From contig JAUCBJ010005969.1 of the NCBI GenBank assembly GCA_032718475.1, forward strand, positions 16,116 through 80,115: 64,000 bases of DNA. The letters are read 5' to 3'. This DNA comes from Nemertoderma westbladi. Taxonomy: Eukaryota; Animalia; Xenacoelomorpha. The notes beneath the pieces are model-generated. The model was not told the DNA's origin. It saw only the letters and a program-made list of their open reading frames with translations, and did not search any database. A program made the translations under genes and the position numbers. Below are positions 61,401 through 64,000 of the stretch, piece after piece (the stretch's first letter is position 1; every line of letters begins with the position of its first letter).

Positions 61401-63349
61401 AACATATTTGAGCCTCAGAATCTTTTCAAATATCGCCAATCTCGCACAGAAAGTCGCCAAAATTTGTTAGTCCGGCAAAAAACGCTCAAATTCGTCTAAA
61501 ACAGTGAATTATTGGTTGTAGAATAATATGATTCAAGATTCAACTAGAAAAACTAGCAAGCAGGCTAGAAGGAGACCGTCCTTAGAAAAACGTAGTGTTA
61601 GTTGGGTCCCTCATCATTCATTATCATATCAACCTATAAAACATTGGAACCGCCCAGTGCTTACAATTCAATCAGCTCTCTCCCACCTAACATAGCAGTG
61701 AGTATCCTTATAGATATTCCCATAGGATTCACTGGGAAGAGCTATTCAGCTGGCTGGGTAATACATTATACGAACTAACAGTTGATGTTTGATTACTGTC
61801 TGGGTTAGAGTGAGAGGTTAATAAATTTTGCAAGTACAGCGATTGGTCTACTGTAGTGTTTAGAATCGCCTCGATTTTGATCAACAAAGTAGTCAGTTGG
61901 TCGTCTATCAATATGCGTTGCGTAATATACAGTACTTATCTGCAGTTTGGGCCTATCCATTCAATCAATAGTAGTAGCTTACTAGGCCCACATGAGTACC
62001 AGCAGCTGGTGCTGCTGGTGTTTCTATCGTTGAGTTGATGACAATTTTCGTGTTTTCATTTTCGCTCACTCGGGGTACTGGTTTGAGGGGCAGGTTCGTT
62101 TAAAGCCAGCTTGCTGGCCTTCTAGTATGACTTTGAATTTTCCCCGAATTTAACTAAAATTACCGGTACTGCACAAATCATTTGATTACTTTATAGCTTT
62201 TCATTAAATTCCATTGTGTGCTGCTGGTGCCCTTGTATTGAGACTTAATCTCCTGGGGCATCCTAGTTAATTATGTTTTGTAATCTCTATTATTGGTTGT
62301 TTGCTGTAGGCCTATCCTGTATGCTACTGTAGTTCAAACATCGTCTCAAACTGATAAAAATAGTTCCCTAACCATACCGGACCAGATGTATAAAAATCTG
62401 TTTAAAATAGGCCTAGGCCTACCAGTAATAGAATAGATTGCAAGCAAATCCTGTAAGCAGGAGTAAGTCCACACTAGGGTTCAACAGAAGGCACTTTATG
62501 GGGCCGATGCCGAACCGAAGCAGGGCAAAGTTCGGGCCGAAACGAACCGATTCCGAATCCAAACCGAAGTTCAGATTCAGAAAGTTAGCAAGTTGTGATC
62601 GTAATCGACGTAGTGTCATATTTATGTCACTATACTGGTATTTGGTCCACGGACTGGAGTGCTGTGTAATAAAGTAGCCACAGTTATTTGTTCGGCCTAC
62701 GTTTAAGATTCATGTTGAACCGACAAACTAAACAAAAAAAAATTACCCACCCCCCCACCGATTTACAAATCCTGGCTACACCACTGTTTGTAATAAGGGA
62801 ATTGGAGAAGGGGGCCTCCCTTCCAAGTGGGCCCCAGGCCTCCCACCAGCTTAATGTGGTCCTGCTTGGTGTACTGTGTATCGGGATCTGGTACCGTATA
62901 GCTTCACGCTCTACTGCTGCTCGGAATTATTGTATTTTGATAGCGGGAATTATGTGACGTGAGTACTGCACTATTTATTTCAGTAAAAAAACATTATTTA
63001 TGATTGAAAATTTACAAATAAAAATAATTTCATTACCAATCATGTTTAAAATTTAATTACGTTAAATAAAATAAAACAAATGATGATTATTAAAAGGTAA
63101 GGTTCGCTAGGGCGACGATACAATACGTAATTTAATATTATTAATTTAATTTATTAATATTTATTATTACTTAAAATTATTTTGTAATGTGCTGTAGGCC
63201 TACCGTTGATCAGAACAGTACTGTCTCCAGAGTCTGCCTGCGTAGGTTATATAAATGTTTCTATTTACTGTACTATAGTTGGCCTCTATTTATTATTATT
63301 ATTATTTGTTTTACAGAGGAAACGCCGTGAGAGGAGAGAGTCAGGAATT
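1280..63349 (+). CDS. TTN-like: Titin/connectin-family giant muscle protein, internal portion (20 exons: 1280-1460, 27767-27962, 28736-28864, 29132-29292, 29902-30054, 38097-38161, 38662-38803, 39148-39297, 39638-39782, 40809-41051, 41874-42055, 42458-42606, 43111-43748, 43896-44074, 46239-46391, 47196-47340, 47599-47733, 47864-48044, 48705-48776, 63317-63349)
   Basis: Every exon is bounded by AG/GT and the phases join into one open frame. It encodes serial I-set Ig domains (W..DG and DxGxY motifs), one Fn3 domain and the [10 protein letters not shown]2A/THB motif. The gene extends beyond both window ends; exact orthology is inferred. Confidence 0.88.
1544..1960. mobile_element. hAT-like MITE with triplicated 56-bp left end
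   Basis: TIR CAGAGGCGTAGCGAG (1544) / CTCGCTACACCTCTG (1946-1960). The 56-bp unit recurs at 1544, 1600 and 1656. No clean TSD. Confidence 0.6.
2915..4171 (-). repeat. 3' LTR of element 1 (1257 bp)
   Basis: Direct repeat of 13376-14637. Confidence 0.95.
4198..5361 (-). CDS. Accessory ORF of element 1 with CCHC-like zinc knuckles
   Basis: Annotated ORF 4198-5145. The frame stays open upstream to about 5361 (…[19 protein letters not shown]…). Motifs [15 protein letters not shown] and [14 protein letters not shown]. Confidence 0.6.
   Translation of the reverse strand: MTKIIFVTDWEDEPICLESEEIQPIAPRNSDNDYIIEWYQGPQCLTAYDYRHANYVSRQRCQLCASRDHDTPMDTNVRCSYFQEQPTMEIYCAYCRLNNLHIFAVCPQFMTQCHHCQLKGHASFDCPFNHDLESVDEMITLRYIRAWEANADLHCDSRHRYYPGRAYEGVYAFHPYLFASVEQKSRISSYELLKRVGECISTKFVRKFLRSVNPSDLHSYNLINYIRQDPDYGDLFVNSHPELQEVYRRPYEYRARERELERTIKPRRFLTAYGLPTALVQTTRRGPVRAAVLKRALKAVRPLSPDVDVNQPGTSTGGYTDHNPTPSDAIILHPSPRSYSPPCKVARPKEKRTLGLALKNCVNAVRARKTNCLEYLRILETVILYIL
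5303..5701 (-). CDS. Accessory ORF of element 1, unknown function; overlaps the open frame of the knuckle ORF
   Basis: 132-aa ATG ORF with coding-like composition next to AT-rich spacer DNA. Confidence 0.45.
   Translation of the reverse strand: MTELIEDDLGVRERYTLPLQAFVDSLIRGEADPTITEDNGRYIEPPMSQEQLTRELDYRKFTARYTHRNGTYMDFLTTGHPIDLHDTDDVDTEREMVLLKYHTQRSRNDKPKIDHENYIRNRLGRRTNMPRI
7327..11397 (-). CDS. gag-pro: BEL/Pao Gag-protease polyprotein fused in frame to an RNase H C-terminal remnant; RT and integrase absent
   Basis: DUF1759-like VKFNGD…[12 protein letters not shown]; three BEL knuckles ([40 protein letters not shown]); protease [12 protein letters not shown]; [17 protein letters not shown] (Pao RNase H tail). 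No YVDD/RT motifs. Confidence 0.92.
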   Translation of the reverse strand: MSDTTQSLSDSLLESVRMTVRQCLKKISDPDPSIEHPRPKSKSPTIVKKAIPTVVVSDPRLVEQRRSIIGTRAQVKRDQEAAVKQQQHPSLEPSSQRPDSSSSSDTAERTPERGAKMADTVYYERPTYEESTNATSSQVESEVESELTAAEKPRTRDAIDIYLSDYQRFLGDEELRRRLSGLRPNSEGTKLVLDAIDAEMLAANQAKFDEKLCLVRVQEEQVKKKRIEDLKAAAMAMAEVERKAAAAMAMAAKAVAEAERRASEETTQLELENLQETQDCINKQLTASQMQMMSRSTPKRQGYTSSEEGKTTDPEGGGNRSRLSRRRKTSHRHKLPDLPPAVRRQLASTDLGSTEPTDQIIKVKRLPTIVDEPEIIGPVVPKATSVLETPVLPELNSKFPLHSTTLPVPGRTVHANIPVLDTEREIKDLSPVVPRRPTTMLATPASAVEWVEEGRRGMNLLLGQMQETVYQLKGTVREGRAELQEVQQSIALERDKLVNIQKGIPIPPVTLCQPVRSEVLHAQGVEPTRIYTASEVETPIANPIKGDYKPVVNDIPYRPDNDPRNLYTDNSILNNTMAQESFTRQMARTEARQAVKVGEIVKFNGDEMKRLPFNEYYKDSIQNSVLSNGEKLRFLIKCLEGPPKLMALKFIGHPEGLRQVWDTLNIRYGNKDNIAKYLYAKLVAPRNFLSSGIIEFSDEIQEICRQLDWLGKSHEYQSSMVIGAVVSTLPKGGVCTRWDKKVLYMNEQQRRSPTMADLMSFLDSEVKLQLIKQSREKTSENKVSEKPVSRRRIIPVCYTDDGESQASQEEDSGKDTAKSYYDNKTYKDVSKYKSRTSDRREQVTTTPPMSPKRIHGRKPEERTRVHNVTQGKVSNIKPKCALCDGPHRLSACAEFLKKSLVDRRTVLWNKRLCYNCLRSGHQRRTCYSDVKCAKCGAKHHILLHSEFERDNPSQVSEPELHVQFSDVNDTDQESEMEGFYTDEFSDANESCYLINTSVYRALTYEKDTDNEFPPTTFARQPSWKAPTSNVGIREFPVVQVRVHGPNKSYIVNALLDSGSTGTFIDQELAEDFFAGQPKFRTKLNMSGIMQVWKSTLTADYYVGVLSTPQDKLGAQGIRSVKMVAIKNFATTQADLYNWDEDESIQHLKIPRFQTDYPGVQILIGQNAHEALETLEKRPAQPQPLQTYAVRTRVGWYFTGPSRRTLKERLPQQQVYQVKEWEVESSDVDDPTEGTPYSSDNDDINSNVDQWRHCLGTINPADIASRGATPQELIDTPGWLGGSDFLSKEEEEWPPHLTTAEFRQAKGAEKVTQQLNRPASRLCLLERDQKLSGNYGRQDTLPTTTSLIRQISRDSIT
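13376..14637 (-). repeat. 5' LTR of element 1 (1262 bp)
   Basis: Direct repeat of 2915-4171. Confidence 0.95.
14656..15083 (+). mobile_element. Penelope-like element relic: inverted ~60-bp terminal copies around a hammerhead-like core
   Basis: 14656-14713 is the reverse complement of 15023-15083. GAGT-CTGAAGA-aAGGCCTAGGCCa-GAAA-GT-ACTC at 14989-15022. Confidence 0.5.
15292..15344. repeat. Perfect palindrome, 26-bp arms with 1-nt spacer
   Basis: GTTAGATTCTTGGAAATTATCTGTAG-G-CTACAGATAATTTCCAAGAATCTAAC. Confidence 0.9.
15967..16390. repeat. ~425-bp unique segment duplicated at 19215-19637; contains a small RTE LINE fragment
   Basis: Near-identical copies. The - strand reads [18 protein letters not shown], like the RTE at about 44900. 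Confidence 0.9.
16391..19203. repeat. 17-bp satellite array A
   Basis: Unit GACCTTCGTCTCATCCC with variants. The 17-aa periodic ORFs are artefacts. Confidence 0.97.
19638..23630. repeat. 17-bp satellite array B with higher-order duplication
   Basis: Same unit as array A. Variant pattern repeats at about 1182-bp offset (e.g. GAGCTTCG near 21866 and 23048). Confidence 0.97.
24042..24321. mobile_element. MITE with 8-bp TSD (Merlin-like GG termini); relative at 60330-60771
   Basis: GGCCCATGTGAAGAATACCAG ... CTGGTATTCTTCACATGTGCG, flanked by TTTTCCAC at 24034-24041 and 24322-24329. Confidence 0.75.
24406..24441 (+). ncRNA. Degenerate minimal hammerhead-ribozyme-like motif (Penelope pLTR relic)
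   Basis: ACCG-CTGAAGA-tGCCcgggaGGTt-GAAA-tgtg-CGGT followed by AATAAA. Confidence 0.4.
26465..27160 (-). mobile_element. Decayed RTE-clade LINE 3' fragment
   Basis: Colinear with 44170-45140 (TCATCAGCAAAGTCTAGATCAG = DLDFADD). 3' end GCAGCTGTAATGCAGCATGCCGA plus (TAG)n tail. Confidence 0.85.
27767..27962 (+). CDS. Titin-like exon (Ig N-half)
   Basis: [11 protein letters not shown]…[20 protein letters not shown]; phase matches exon 1280-1460 across a 26.3-kb intron. Confidence 0.9.
28177..28621. mobile_element. hAT-type MITE
   Basis: TIR CAGTGATGTTCAACT / AGTTGAACATCACTG; 8-bp TSD CACACACT/CACAGACT; internal AGTTAACT repeats. Confidence 0.85.
28736..28864 (+). CDS. Titin-like exon (Ig C-half)
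   Basis: [25 protein letters not shown]. Confidence 0.9.
29132..29292 (+). CDS. Titin-like exon (Ig N-half)
   Basis: KPTFQQFP…[13 protein letters not shown]. Confidence 0.88.
29902..30054 (+). CDS. Titin-like exon (Ig C-half)
   Basis: [16 protein letters not shown]. Confidence 0.88.
31262..32030. repeat. Array of ~10 CTACGTGGCGCTNNCGGTGCCCACAACC motifs in the 3' region of element 2
   Basis: Conserved ~28-nt core separated by variable C/T/A-rich spacers. Confidence 0.85.
32250..36923 (-). pseudogene. gag: BEL/Pao Gag of element 2, broken into ORFs 35169-36923, 34827-35114 and 32250-34673
   Basis: [14 protein letters not shown]…[12 protein letters not shown] (DUF1759-like); knuckles [14 protein letters not shown] and [14 protein letters not shown]. 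Breaks are at two C-homopolymers (35096-35105, 35217-35227) and one in-frame TGA (34827-34829). No protease DSG, RT or integrase. Confidence 0.85.
37709..37894. mobile_element. PIF/Harbinger-like MITE
   Basis: TIR GGCGCGTTCACACTACCGAGTCAAAGTCAAA / TTTGACTTTGACTCGGTAGTGTGAACGCGAC, preceded by TTA. Confidence 0.75.
38097..38161 (+). CDS. Titin-like linker exon
   Basis: ttgcag|…[21 protein letters not shown]|gtaag; phases fit both neighbours. Confidence 0.75.
38289..38556 (+). pseudogene. TUBA: 5'-truncated processed alpha-tubulin pseudogene
   Basis: 38289-38405 reads [38 protein letters not shown], the alpha-tubulin C-terminus. Then 3' UTR, AATAAA near 38507 and poly(A) at 38544-38556. Confidence 0.93.
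38662..39297 (+). CDS. Titin-like exons 38662-38803 and 39148-39297 (one Ig)
   Basis: [10 protein letters not shown]…[13 protein letters not shown] / [15 protein letters not shown]. Confidence 0.88.
39638..42055 (+). CDS. Titin-like exons 39638-39782, 40809-41051 and 41874-42055 (Ig + Fn3)
   Basis: [13 protein letters not shown] / [14 protein letters not shown]; DVPDAPSRP…[17 protein letters not shown]…[20 protein letters not shown]. Confidence 0.9.
41130..41460. repeat. Degenerate (TCTG)n microsatellite
   Basis: TCTGTCTG runs. Confidence 0.85.
41495..41767. repeat. 22-bp minisatellite
   Basis: Unit AGCAGTACTTTGTACTAGTTTT, about 12 copies. Confidence 0.93.
42113..42337. mobile_element. MITE with ~9-bp TSD
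   Basis: TIR GGGTGTAAACGCTACGCCGACAACCGAC / GTCGGTTGTCGGCGTAGCGTTTTACACCC; flanks ACTAAGGTT/ACCAAGGTT. The internal segment recurs near 59200 and 63920. Confidence 0.75.
42458..44074 (+). CDS. Titin-like exons 42458-42606, 43111-43748 and 43896-44074 (three Ig domains)
   Basis: [14 protein letters not shown]; PPVFTEKL…[14 protein letters not shown]; KPAFVRKL…[14 protein letters not shown]. Confidence 0.92.
44170..46020 (-). mobile_element. 5'-truncated, frameshifted RTE-clade LINE
   Basis: ORF pieces 45676-46002, 44943-45692 and 44211-44870 with [31 protein letters not shown] and LRFAGHC motifs; (TAG)n tail. Confidence 0.93.
46239..47733 (+). CDS. Titin-like exons 46239-46391, 47196-47340 and 47599-47733 (basic linker + I80-like Ig)
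   Basis: PARFIEKP…[22 protein letters not shown]…[14 protein letters not shown]…DFRKNLK. Confidence 0.88.
47864..48044 (+). CDS. Titin-like exon: UN2A / tri-helix-bundle motif
   Basis: [33 protein letters not shown] matches the YGITDFRGLL motif of vertebrate titin UN2A and the MyBP-C M-domain. Confidence 0.88.
48405..48475 (+). mobile_element. tRNA-derived SINE head / tRNA pseudogene
   Basis: A-box-like TAGCTGAATGG and B-box-like AGTTCGATCC at tRNA spacing; acceptor stem does not pair. Confidence 0.5.
48705..48776 (+). CDS. Titin-like short exon
   Basis: gacag|[24 protein letters not shown]|gtag; phase 0-0. Confidence 0.7.
49566..52288. repeat. 31-bp satellite (~88 copies)
   Basis: Unit TCTTTCACCATCCTAATCTCCGATAGGCCAG. 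Confidence 0.97.
53131..58877 (-). CDS. Nested gene: 10x JAZ/matrin-type C2H2 zinc fingers + RIG-I/Dicer-family DExD/H helicase (~1356 aa; exons 58877-57494, 57025-56408, 55199-53131)
   Basis: Exons join in phase 1/1 to 4071 nt. Fingers are CxxC-x12/13-H-x5-H. Helicase motifs: [58 protein letters not shown]. Confidence 0.88.
59057..59365. mobile_element. MITE with poly-G/poly-C termini upstream of the helicase gene
   Basis: G-run+AACTGAACGCAA ... TTGCGTCCAGTTCA+C-run; internal segment shared with 42113-42337. Confidence 0.6.
60330..60771. mobile_element. Long-TIR MITE (same family as 24042-24321)
   Basis: About 150-bp imperfect TIRs GGCCCATGTGAA…/…TTCACATCGGCC. Confidence 0.8.
60967..62864. 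mobile_element. Non-autonomous hAT element (1.9 kb)
   Basis: TIR CAGGGCCGGATTAA / TTAATGTGGTCCTG; perfect 8-bp TSD CTTGGTGT (60959-60966 / 62865-62872). Confidence 0.8.
63317..63349 (+). CDS. Titin-like 33-bp micro-exon
   Basis: ttttacag|[11 protein letters not shown]|gtaagt; phase 0-0. Confidence 0.65.
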
Positions 63350-64000
63350 GTAAGTATCCAGTGGCCCATTTAACCTTTCGTCAACAGGTTAATTCTGAAA
63401 TAATAACACTTTTTTTATTATTATTTTATATTATCTTGTACCACTCAAAGGTTCATTGAATCTTGCATGTAAGTACTATTAACAATGTAACTTGATCAAT
63501 GTACAGTATGGTGGGAATACCTCAAATGATACACTATACTGTTGTTGAAGTAGTACCTGTAGTTCTAATTCTAATGCATATTCTGAAATAGAGTTAAAAT
63601 GTGGCAAGAACCTAAAGCAGATTGTAGGTACTGTAGGGTAGAGTGAAGTGAGAACTATTATAGTTTCGTGTCGTTAAAGTAATAATTGCAGAGAGAATGG
63701 TATCATTTTAATTTTTGTACGAAATATTGAGTGGCTAACAAACAGTATTGTAGGTCTACCGGTGTAACAAAAACAAAACGCTACACCTAGGCCTACAACC
63801 CGAAAACACAGCAGACTATGTTAAATATGAAACTCTGTAACCGGCCTACAACCCGAAAACACAGCAGACTACGTTAAATATGAAACTCTAACCTGTACAA
63901 AGCAAATCATAGCCATCCGCTGTAACCTGTTCCTTTCCATCAATTGATATATAACATTACTTAGGGTTACTAATGGTTGTCTGCGCTGTGGTTGTCTGTT

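Overview
Eukaryotic, intron-rich animal DNA, probably an invertebrate deuterostome (inferred from the titin N2A-type motif). The whole window lies inside one giant + strand titin-family gene. I traced 20 phase-compatible GT-AG exons from 1280 to 63349, encoding about 9 Ig domains, 1 Fn3 domain and an N2A/tri-helix-bundle motif. Its introns hold: (i) two young, TSD-flanked, RT-less BEL/Pao LTR elements on the - strand (2915-14637 and 30246-37581); (ii) three large satellites (34, 17 and 31 bp units); (iii) RTE LINE relics, Penelope-like hammerhead relics, several MITEs and a processed alpha-tubulin fragment; (iv) a nested antisense 3-exon gene of about 1356 aa that fuses ten JAZ/matrin-type C2H2 zinc fingers to a RIG-I/Dicer-type DExD/H helicase with no CARD, CTD, PAZ or RNase III. 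The best novelty candidates are this zinc-finger/RLR-helicase gene and an apparent Tf1-like self-priming signature in both BEL/Pao elements: no tRNA-type PBS, and the PBS position is complementary to a sequence inside the element's own LTR. All calls were made by eye; no searches were run.
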